A program made the translations under genes and the position numbers. From NCBI GenBank assembly GCA_000004985.1, contig GG738880.1: a DNA stretch of 64,000 nucleotides, one strand, 5' to 3'. The notes beneath the pieces were generated by a model that was not told where the DNA came from, did no database searches, and saw only the letters and a list, made by a program, of their open reading frames with translations. Shown here in pieces: positions 33,816 through 43,787 of this stretch; position 1 is the first letter of the stretch, and each line of letters starts with the position of its first letter. The stretch is from Naegleria gruberi (lineage: Eukaryota).

Positions 33816-34094
33816 AGAAAGTTTTTAAGTTCTCCCTTTTTTGTTTATTATTTTATATCACAATAAGTAGACATAGTTCTCTACAGTATTCTGAAAAATT
33901 ACCAGTTGACTTATATTCAGTGAGATAATCAACGCAGTTTTGACTCCATAGCAAACCTTTAGACTGATATTATTGCTGCTCTTGAGTTCAATTAGTTCTC
34001 CCACATCAACAAGCCAAATAATCCTTATCCTAATTGTATGAACTTGATAAAATATTAAACTTGAAATTGACAAAAAATCTCAAAAATACTTTAT

Positions 34095-37070
34095 TTACAG
34101 GGTAAGTTTGTTAATGTTATAGTCAATGCCTTGTTGCAACTTTGGTGGATTGAGTTCAAAAAGTTTCTTAATTGCAGAGGCACTTGTTCCAACTTGTTGT
34201 GGAGGGAGAGACTTCTTCGACCTTATCAAGGAATTTTCGAAAAGGTTGAAAAGTTTCAAATCACACTTGCCTTCTTGTGTTTCAAAATATTCTGGATTTC
34301 CATTCTTTACAGTTTCATAGAATTGATGGAGATCTTTCAAACTCTTAAAGATGACATCCTTCTTGGAACTTGAAGTATTAGTTGTGAAGAGAGATTGCAG
34401 TGAGGATTTGAGGCTGACCTTGAAACCATTCTCACCCTTTGATAAACTCTTGAGGCATGACTTGGTTAATGATTCTCCAAAAAATTCGGTATACTCCTTC
34501 TTCAATTCTAATACATCAATGAGGGAGGAAACGAAATGTTGTGAGTTACATGTCTTGGCATCGAAGAGTCTTGTCGAATTCCATTCACAACACATCTTGG
34601 CAAGTTTTTCAACTGTTGAGTAAACAGTGTCAATACCATAGACAGTTGCAATATCAAATGTTACAGCAGAATCTAAAAGATCTTCACTTCTCACCATTGC
34701 AAAGTCATTTCTCCATTCAATAAAGTATGGACCAACAATAACAGCAACAGAAATATCAGTTGGCATTTCAAGGGAGGAATCCTTTTGTGTGAGACTAGAA
34801 TCATAGATGGCAACCTTGACTTTGACAAATGTTGAATCTTGAGAGACCATTTGTTGTTGAGTCTTCATGGTTGTCTTCTTTGAGAGAGTCTTCTTGAAGA
34901 ACTTGGCAATGAATCTATCCTTCATGATCAAATCGAGACCAATAGTTTCAAAATATTGAGATGCAATTGGTGCCTTCAATCTCTTTAACTTTTCAATAAC
35001 GTTGGAGAGGTTGGATTTGGCTCCTTCGGTCAACTTTTCAAGTTCAGACTCTTCTACAAGTTTCATGGTTGATTCCTTATTGATAAAGTGTGTTTCTTGT
35101 ACGTGTTGTCTTTCACATTCTTGTTTGGCAGCATTAATAATTCTCAAAGCAGATCCAGAAGATAAACCCATTTGAATAAGCTTGTTCTTGCCATACTCGA
35201 ATAATTTTCTACCAGTCAACTTTTTCTTGGAGAGAAGTGAGATGATTCTATCAGAAATGAAAACGTCTCTCATCCATCTGGTCAGCTCCTTATTGTCATA
35301 GTTGAGGAAGGCACATTCTGGAATGGAAGTTTCTTGAACCTTTGAAGGTTGAGGCTTCTTGATATTCAATGAACTGAAAGCTTGAGCCAAGTCAGTTTCA
35401 TCATCGAATGGGAATCCCATACCTTCGAGTTCCTTCTTGATCAATCTCTTCAAGTATGAAACAATTCTTTCATTGAATCCTCGTCTATTGTACTTGACAG
35501 AGAGGTCCAAACAGAGTTTACCTTCAACTGATTCCAAAATACATGGTAAACCTCTCTCATTAATAACATTGCATGCTGATTCAAAGTCACCTCTGGCAAA
35601 TGCGAGATGAAGTGGGAAATTGGCAAAGAATTCAAAATCAGTATCAGAAATTGAATTGTAATGACCTTGATTACCATCTCCATTAGAACTTCCACCACTA
35701 CTACTTCCTCCGCCATTATTACCATCTCCTCCATAGGATCCATCGAAATTATTGAAAAAGTCATTTCCATAGCCATGTCCACCACCGGATCCCTGAGTAT
35801 CTAGTACAATTTGTTGAACTACAGATGGAGGTACATAGGTAAAACCAACTTCACCAGAGAAGTGTTGCATTCTTCTCTTGTGATACAGTTTGACTCTACG
35901 AGAAAGATCACCACCATTATATTTTGGAATGAGGAATGAAATAAATCCAAAATCATTTCTCAATTCAATATTGAAAGGTTCCAAAATATCGAGTGGTTTT
36001 TCACAGCCACTATCGAAAAATACTTGAATATTGCCAACACAATCCTCAGGTTTTGGTAAATTATTATAATTAAATCCAACTTGAACAAGAGTATTTTCAA
36101 TACCCATACTTGGTCTAATCCAAACAGTTTCTGGCATTGTATTTGCAATATCGTGATAGAAAATCAATGAACATATTTTGAATAGTTCTTCAGCTTTTTC
36201 TGGTGATAAATTAAACATGGAAGCGAGTTTGTTTTGAGGGATGGCATTAGAGATACTACCACCAGAGGATGGAGAAGAAGGATAACCATAATGTGATTGT
36301 TGCATTTGTTGTTGTGGTTGTTGGTGATATTGAGGTTGTTGTTGGTAGTACTGATTATTATTGTAGGAAGGAGAAATATTATCTTGCATGTATTCATTAC
36401 TGCTAGCAGAATTTGTTGGTGACATTGAATTAGATGGACTTGATTGATAACAATGTTGTGGAATGACGTAAGGAGTTGCCAAATTTGATTTCTTAAAAGA
36501 TGATGGTGAATTTGCAGTACTTTGATTATGAACAATATTAGTTGTAGTGGTAGGCACATCTTGCATAGTTGCTGCTGATTGTACCTTCTTTTGTGTCTTC
36601 TTATTGGCAAAATAGGATCTCTCGGTCAGGACGTAAATACCTGTTGTTCTCAATAGAATTGATCTCATCATTTGTTGTGTTGATGTTGATGAGGTTGTTG
36701 TTGATGATGAATTTAAACTATTAGGACTGTTGGTGAGTGATTCCTGTACTAATTCAAAGACAATTTTCAGCTTCTTATTAGCAACCTTGATTTGTCTATC
36801 TAATACAAATTCTGCCACACATTCACATGATTGTGGTGAGAAGGTGGCTACAACAACTTCCTTTTGACTTTGTTCGGCATTCTTGTAGAGAATCATGTAT
36901 CGCATGTTAGGATTTGGATTTTCGACAATGGCATTGATGAGAACTTTTTGATTTTCATACCAGGTGATTTCTTCAGAATCAACAGAAGGTGATGGTGGAT
37001 GAGCATCGACAAAACCCACACAATCTGCCTTTCTGTGGTCACAATTTGATACTTTCATAAAGCACTTCAT
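34095..37070 (-). CDS. IPT/TIG-domain and ankyrin-repeat protein with Gln-rich region (putative transcription factor, SPT23/MGA2- or CAMTA-like architecture)
   Basis: Single large ORF. The likely ATG is at about 37070 (MKCFMKVSNCDH); the track start at 37151 is in AT-rich leader. Features include a Q/N-rich tract, an IPT/TIG-like beta domain (IQVFFDSGCEKPLDILEPFNIELRNDFGFISFLIPKY...VGFTYVPP) and ankyrin-like repeats (FPLHLAFARGDFESACNVINERGLPCILESVEGKLCLDLSV). Confidence 0.5.
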   Translation of the reverse strand: MKCFMKVSNCDHRKADCVGFVDAHPPSPSVDSEEITWYENQKVLINAIVENPNPNMRYMILYKNAEQSQKEVVVATFSPQSCECVAEFVLDRQIKVANKKLKIVFELVQESLTNSPNSLNSSSTTTSSTSTQQMMRSILLRTTGIYVLTERSYFANKKTQKKVQSAATMQDVPTTTTNIVHNQSTANSPSSFKKSNLATPYVIPQHCYQSSPSNSMSPTNSASSNEYMQDNISPSYNNNQYYQQQPQYHQQPQQQMQQSHYGYPSSPSSGGSISNAIPQNKLASMFNLSPEKAEELFKICSLIFYHDIANTMPETVWIRPSMGIENTLVQVGFNYNNLPKPEDCVGNIQVFFDSGCEKPLDILEPFNIELRNDFGFISFLIPKYNGGDLSRRVKLYHKRRMQHFSGEVGFTYVPPSVVQQIVLDTQGSGGGHGYGNDFFNNFDGSYGGDGNNGGGSSSGGSSNGDGNQGHYNSISDTDFEFFANFPLHLAFARGDFESACNVINERGLPCILESVEGKLCLDLSVKYNRRGFNERIVSYLKRLIKKELEGMGFPFDDETDLAQAFSSLNIKKPQPSKVQETSIPECAFLNYDNKELTRWMRDVFISDRIISLLSKKKLTGRKLFEYGKNKLIQMGLSSGSALRIINAAKQECERQHVQETHFINKESTMKLVEESELEKLTEGAKSNLSNVIEKLKRLKAPIASQYFETIGLDLIMKDRFIAKFFKKTLSKKTTMKTQQQMVSQDSTFVKVKVAIYDSSLTQKDSSLEMPTDISVAVIVGPYFIEWRNDFAMVRSEDLLDSAVTFDIATVYGIDTVYSTVEKLAKMCCEWNSTRLFDAKTCNSQHFVSSLIDVLELKKEYTEFFGESLTKSCLKSLSKGENGFKVSLKSSLQSLFTTNTSSSKKDVIFKSLKDLHQFYETVKNGNPEYFETQEGKCDLKLFNLFENSLIRSKKSLPPQQVGTSASAIKKLFELNPPKLQQGIDYNINKLTL

Positions 37071-37796
37071 GATGATGATGATGGTAATAGGAAGAAAATA
37101 ATAAAGATAAGGATATAGGAGAGAGAGGATGATGAATTGGTACCGAGGCAAGGCAGGTTATATAATTTAAAAAGGATCACTCAATATAAGTATATTATAC
37201 CTAGGTTGTGGATAGAGGTGATCTCTTCAAATTCTTTGTTGTTGGAGTGTGGTGTTGTTGGTTGGACACAGACTTCAAATCTTGTCTTTTTTTTATAATG
37301 TTGTGATGGATTAAATTATTGCTTCGGAACTGAAACACAAACATGTTAATGAAAGAAACTGAAGGAGAAGAGCGTACCTGAAAGCCAACAAGTCTTCCAA
37401 AAATATTGGTTGACTGAAGAGTGGCTTCAGTAAACTATCAGTTGCAACGAGTAGTAGAATTAGTTGTTGATGAGGTTTAACTTTGACTTGGATGATGAAG
37501 AAGAATGAACTGAGGTTGAATTAATTTTACGTCAAATAGTGAAAATGAATTAATATGAACTGTAAGTATAGGATAATTTAAGTGAACTGTAATGAATTAT
37601 CTACAAAGTTGTTTATTGTAGTTTGATATTTAATTATATACTCAAAGAATACACAATTCTATTCTGACTCATTTATTACCCAACCACATCTTTCTTTTTA
37701 ATACTTGTTCAGCATTATCTTAATACCCTCTAAAGAACAAGTCAAGTTTTGCCCGCCAAAATTGTAGTTTTCTAAAATACAACAATTAAAAAAAAA

Positions 37797-39716
37797 ATGT
37801 CTTCTCATCCTCAATCAGAATCTTCATCAACAAGGATTGAAGAAGAACATTGTGACAATTTAAAGATGGAGGAGTTGGATGTCGCTGTTTTAAAAAAGGT
37901 TAATTCAGTTGAGGAAGTTGTAGGGTGGAAACAAATCTCATCGGAGGATGTAATCTTGAGAAGAATTCTCAGTTTTTGTAGTTTCCAAGAACAATCATCA
38001 ATGGAACTTGTCAACAAACAATGGAGGAAGTGTGTCAATGTTGAGGGGTTTGTATTGGAAAATAATAAGAAGAATATTGAAAAATTCGATTCGGAATTAT
38101 TTCCAAAACTCTTAGCAAGACATGGCTCAAACCTGAAATCGTTCAAAGTCACAGCTTCTTACTGGGAACAAAAGAATACAAAATTGATAACACCCCAAAT
38201 ACTTGTGCAGCTGTCTAAATATTGCCCAGATCTTGAGGAGCTTCATATTCCAATGTGTCACAATCTTACAGAATCTGATATCAATCCATTGAGAGGACTG
38301 ACCAAGTTGAACAAACTTGAGAAATTGGATTTGAGTGGATGTAACCTCACTGATGATCATTTGAAGAGTCTGACTGGTCTGAGAAATATCAGGGAACTAA
38401 ACTTGAGCATAAATCGATATGTGTCAGACTTGGGAATCAAGTATCTTTTCCAAGCTTCTGATAGTCTTATTGGAAGTAAGATTGAAGCTTTGGATTTGAG
38501 TTTTACTTCAGTCTCTGACAATTCTCTTCTCTGCCTTAGATCTTTGACCAACCTTAAACAATTGCACTTGATGCAGTCCTCCATTTCTCCGAAATGTCTT
38601 TCCCAACTTTTAACCTCCGAGGGTGGCCCAACAATTGAGAAATTGAATCTCCTCAATTGCACCAACATTACCTCCTTGAACTTTTTAAAAAATTATTGTA
38701 AATTACGAGCACTTATGGTTTCCTTTTCTCAAAAGGACCAAAGATCAATCAATGATGATATTGACTTTATTGAAAAACAAACTTCCCTGAAAGAATTAGT
38801 TCTAGTTGAGGTAAATTTACTAAACTCTCCACTATTGGAAGCTATTTCAAAACTGTCACAACTTGATACACTCAGTTTGAGATGTAAGAGAATTGAACTC
38901 AAGAGCAAGCAACTTCCAGACCTCCTTTCCAAATTGACAAACCTCAAAAAACTTGATATTTTATGCGAACAAGTGGATCCTATTGAAGAAGGAATTTTGG
39001 ATATCATTTCTCGTATTCCTGAATTAGAAGCTGTTTCAGTACAGTGCCACAGAAGGGCAAAGGCCATTAACTTGTTAGATGAAATTTTAGGCAAGCTATC
39101 TCTCTCAAAAATGGGCCACGCCCTTAAACACTTCTCAGTTCAAGTTCCTGGATATACTCTTGGCGAGTCTGGTTTCAGATTCCTCTCCAAATGTTCAAAT
39201 CTCGAAGCATTGGATGCTCCAATAGGCGATAATATTAGAGTTTCTGCAGAGACTCGTTTCAACAATCTTAAATCACTTCAAATTCAACAAGTTACGCCTT
39301 CCAAAGCAATCTCTCAGTCAACATTCGATTCTCTTATCAAAAGTACCAATGGAAAGCTAGAAAAATTAGTAGTCAAATCTGGAAAAGGCCTTTTATCAAT
39401 CATTGATAGTCTTGCCATCAGTTCCCAACAATTGCAAGACTTGGAGCTAGATCTCGAGATTATGAATGGCAAGGATAATTTATGTTGCAGTCTCGATGCT
39501 TCCTTGACCTCTTTAACAAAAATGTTAAATCTTGCCAGACTTTCCCTCACAGGGTGTGACAAGTATTGGTCTATTAACAAGTCAATTGTACCTTTGGCTA
39601 GAAATTTGAATTACCTTACTGAGTTGGCCCTTCCATCAGCAAAGATTTCCTCCTCTTCACCTCTTCTTTTCGAACGTCTCTTCCCCCAAACCACCATCCA
39701 ACAATCCTCTCAATAA
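37797..39716 (+). CDS. F-box / leucine-rich-repeat protein (FBXL-like)
   Basis: 639 aa. N-terminal F-box-like motif (SSEDVILRRILSFCSFQEQSSMELVNKQWRKCV) followed by multiple LxxLxLxxC/N LRRs (LEKLDLSGCNLTDDHLKSLTGL, LNLLNCTNITSLNFL, ...). Confidence 0.6.
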   Translation: MSSHPQSESSSTRIEEEHCDNLKMEELDVAVLKKVNSVEEVVGWKQISSEDVILRRILSFCSFQEQSSMELVNKQWRKCVNVEGFVLENNKKNIEKFDSELFPKLLARHGSNLKSFKVTASYWEQKNTKLITPQILVQLSKYCPDLEELHIPMCHNLTESDINPLRGLTKLNKLEKLDLSGCNLTDDHLKSLTGLRNIRELNLSINRYVSDLGIKYLFQASDSLIGSKIEALDLSFTSVSDNSLLCLRSLTNLKQLHLMQSSISPKCLSQLLTSEGGPTIEKLNLLNCTNITSLNFLKNYCKLRALMVSFSQKDQRSINDDIDFIEKQTSLKELVLVEVNLLNSPLLEAISKLSQLDTLSLRCKRIELKSKQLPDLLSKLTNLKKLDILCEQVDPIEEGILDIISRIPELEAVSVQCHRRAKAINLLDEILGKLSLSKMGHALKHFSVQVPGYTLGESGFRFLSKCSNLEALDAPIGDNIRVSAETRFNNLKSLQIQQVTPSKAISQSTFDSLIKSTNGKLEKLVVKSGKGLLSIIDSLAISSQQLQDLELDLEIMNGKDNLCCSLDASLTSLTKMLNLARLSLTGCDKYWSINKSIVPLARNLNYLTELALPSAKISSSSPLLFERLFPQTTIQQSSQ

Positions 39717-39744
39717 ATTAAGTTATTTATTCTTCATTGGAATA

Positions 39745-42700
39745 TTATTCTTGAATTCGGGTCGAATCCCATCTCTTCAAGAATAGGACGTTAAGCTTTG
39801 ATGCATTGAGATTGTACTTCTTCATGACATTGACTCTAACCTTATCAAATACAAATTGATTTGTAATATCAAAGAAGGATCTATCATATGATTCTGGATC
39901 AATGACAAATACTCTACGGTCTCCATAAAAGTGTGAATTGGCATCTACCAAATCTTGGAACCAAGGAGATTTATCAGCATGTAAACAACTGTAAACTGGC
40001 TCTGAACTAGTCTTGAATTGGAAGTCACACAAGATATGTTCTCCATTGTGGTGAGCATAACCGAACACCACCAATAATACATAGTCTTTGAAAATAGATC
40101 TGGCAGCAAAGCAAAATTGGAACATTGAGTCATCTTGTTTCACCTTGGTGGCTTCATCCAATTGTTGAATTTCACAAAAATGTAAACCTGACATTAATTG
40201 TGAAATGAATTCCTTAGCTTTGACAATTGTTGATTTGTTCTTACCAGTTCCTTCAATCTTTGGAATAGCCATTTTAAGGTGGAAAGAAGACTCGAAATTT
40301 TCCCACAATGTCAAAAAGTTTTCATGAAGTAAATTAATTGGCTTTGTGAGAACGTGAGCCATTTTGATCTTGAATGGTTGGCATCTAATTGTTACAAGTC
40401 CTTCTTGCTTGTTGCCTTCATCCAAAAGATCAATGGTTCCTGAGGACTTGAGATGTGTACATTGTATAATAATATTAAAACAATAGTGTCCAAGTTCTGA
40501 CATTGTAAATTCCAAATCAAATTCATAGGATTGATTTACAGACAAGTCACCAATATTACTTGATGCTTGTTGAGTCTTTTCAAAGAGAGTAAGTGGACCT
40601 TCGAGGCCAACTTCGGCTGTTGTTTTGAAAATATCACATGGTGAATTATTATGTACCTTAACGTGGAGGAATACAGTATATGAGTCAGGCATAACAGAGT
40701 AGGAAGCTGTTACACAGATAGGATCACTTGGTTGGGAGATAATTACAGAGTGGAACTTGGATTCAATGTTAGTTTGTCTAATCTTTGTATTGGCTGAGGT
40801 GGCTGTCAAGAGTTGTTTACCCTTCTTGAGTTGGTAGAGATCTTGTTCGTGCAAATTTGAAATAATAGAGTTGAGTTGTTGAATGCCTTCAATGTAGGAG
40901 GTGAGAATTCTTTCATCTTCTTCCGAGTAGTATGACTTGAAGATTGGGTGATCCTTGTTAAATACCTTACCATAAATAAGTTCAATATCTGACTTGGAAG
41001 CATTATCTCTTGTTATATTGTACTTCATAGCATAATCAACTTTCAATAAAGTTTTTCTGATCAAATCGGCAATATCATCCCTAGTATCGAGTTGTTTCTC
41101 CATCAACATTTTCAAATATTCAAAAGTATCTCTAAGTTTTGGAGTAAATCTCAAACAAACACTGAGTAAACAATAGAGGAGAGTTTCAATCTTTTCCTTA
41201 CTGGACATTCCACCAGAGTTTTTAAGAGTTGAAGAAATCATAAATCTGGTATGGTCAAATACCAAATCACCACTTTCTCTTCCAGCAGCTTGTTTTTGTA
41301 ATTCAACATAATTACTAAGAATACACATGGACATGACTTCAGCAAATTCAGTCTTCATCTTGAGAATGATATCCAAACACTTGTTCAAAATCTTTTGAAT
41401 CTTCTTTCTTTGATCTTCATTTGTATTGAATGATGTGTAGGATTCTCCACACAAATCTGTCAAAACGAGGGCGAACTCTGAAATACTTGCAATTAACCCA
41501 TTAGAGTCTTTCCACGTGAGAGAATTCATTGCAAATTCACAAATGCCAATTCCAACATCCAACCAAGCATGAATGAGTGAATAATCAATGGCAGAGTCTG
41601 TATTCTTTTCAACATTATTGTCATTCTTTGGTGTAAATGGCTTTTGAGTCAAGTATTCACGACACAAACAGAAGAGAAGTTCATTTCTGATTTGTTCTTC
41701 AAATTGTGATTCTGGAACAGTTACAATCTTGGAAATGAACCCTTCTCTCAAGAAGAGGTCAATTTCAACAGGTTCATTCAATTGATCTAAAAGTTTGAGG
41801 AAGTGTTGTTTTGTTCTTGTGTTAATACTGCATTGAATAAGAGTTCTGACTACACTTGATAATATGTACATTCTATTTACGTTGTCACTAACTTTCAAAA
41901 TATGTTCCACAAGTTTCACACAAACAGTATACTTATCACGAACAGTATTTAAAACTGAACAAATATCTTTCATAAGATCATCATAGAAGAAGGATGATTC
42001 TTCTCTGTATAAAAGTCCAAGATAGGCATTTGTTGCATCATCAATTAAATTATTAGTACAAGCTGTCAAATCGCTTGTCATTGAACTATCCATAGCAGTT
42101 AATAAGATACAGTGTGCTGTTTCCAAAACTGTGGCACATTCAACACTTTGAAGCATTGGTCTCAAAACATTTGTTACACTAATCATGACTATTTTCACAA
42201 TAATAATTATAATTACACTATTGTCAAAACCTACCATTATCAAAGGATGAATTGGAACGATCCAATAATTGTTGATGTGAATATTCGTCTTGTAAATATA
42301 ATGAAATGAAAGTAATTGGTCTCAAGGCAGGGTATCTTCTTCTCACATCCATACACTTGAGTCTTGACAAGAGGATGGTAAAATGTGGCTTCATTGCAGC
42401 AATCCATTGCATACTTTCCTTGGTGACAGAAATTGGCAAAGATTCCGCATGAAGATGACGAGCACAATCTCCACAAATAAATTCTCTCAACTAAATTCCA
42501 CACACACCCAATATTATTATCATCATCATCACAACAATATAATAAACCTACCACTTCAAATCCAACAAATGCAATTTCTTGATTATCATCTTTAATAGAT
42601 TTAATCACCCAATCAGAGAAATACTTTGCTGTTGATGATTCACTTGTATTTTGTTGGAAAGCTGTTGATCGTAAAGTCTCGGATTGTCTCAACGAAATTG

Positions 42701-43412
42701 CCAAACACTTTAAAAAGTGAAGAGCAGCAATTCTAACATGATCATATCCATACTTGAAAAGACATTCCTATTTATCATTATATGATGATGAAGATTATTT
42801 TGTATTATTATTATAATAATTAATATATTATCAAAACACGAATATTCCAAGTATTGTTTGTTTAACATTGTTATTATATTCACATCATCCGTATGATCCA
42901 AAAGATGTGTTATTTGATGATGATGAATAATTTGATGAGTTGTTAGAGTGATAGATGATGAATTAATTATCAAATTTAAAAGATGATCAAAGTACGCTCT
43001 CCAATCAATCTGCACATATAAATTAACTACATACTTCTATTTGTCTACGATTCTTTACGAAAAACTCTTGAAGTTGAGTGCTAATACCACACAAACCAAC
43101 CACTGTTCTAAAAGCCCAGACACACAAATCAGGATTTGCTGATGAATTGGTCATATCATCAACTACAACTTTCATAACAAAATTCCAATCGTGTCTACTC
43201 GTTATGGCACATCCTTTAATTAACTGATAACAAAGTTTCTTCACCAATGGATCGGATGTCTTGACCAAAACAGCATTAATCACAGTAGATACATAATTTT
43301 GTATATCCTTTCCGGCTGTATAGAGACGATGAAGAATCAGCAGGGCATTGGTCTGTTTTGTTGGATCGGAGGAACTTAACTCTGCAGCAATACTAATATT
43401 CTCCAATTCCAT
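39745..43412 (-). CDS. TSET/TPLATE complex subunit TPLATE homolog, 5 exons (about 1131 aa)
   Basis: Exon 1 is 43059..43412 (MELENISIAAELSSSDPTKQTNALLILHRLYTAGKDIQNYVSTVINAVLVKTSDPLVKKLCYQLIKGC...). This aligns with the plant TPLATE N-terminus ...LRSNDALRQSSALLQALQQSAAGRDISVIAKSAVEEIVASPASAVCKKLAFDLIRST. Intron 43010..43058. Exon 2 is 42884..43009. Intron 42768..42883. Exon 3 is 42552..42767 (ECLFKYGYDHVRIAALHFLKCLAISLRQ...). Intron 42491..42551. Exon 4 is 42235..42490. Intron 42189..42234. Exon 5 is 39745..42188. The total of 3396 nt is in frame, with all phases consistent. The exon 2 boundary (GTGAAT donor) is the least certain. Confidence 0.55.
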
Positions 43413-43787
43413 TTTTTTTTTAAATAATAAAAAATTTGATAATTTTTAAAGAAATCTCACAAGAATTTCAAAGATGCAAGAGAATTGCAATTTGGTTTCT
43501 TGTAAAATAATTACAATAGTATTGGAGAAAAGGAATTTAAATTAGAGAGATAATCTGTCAATGAAGGATTTTAGTTAATTCTTAAGAAGCCATCTTCTGT
43601 TCCAAATATGCATGTTGTCAATTGGCAGAATGCTCTTAATTCATAGTGAGAAATGTGCTTTGAAAATTGTGAATAACAGTTCACAAGCTGCCTTTCAATA
43701 AAATTCATTATTGCACACTCTCACTTTGAAATAATAACTCACTTTATTTTCTCACAAAAACTCTATAATTTCATTCTTTCTTAATAA

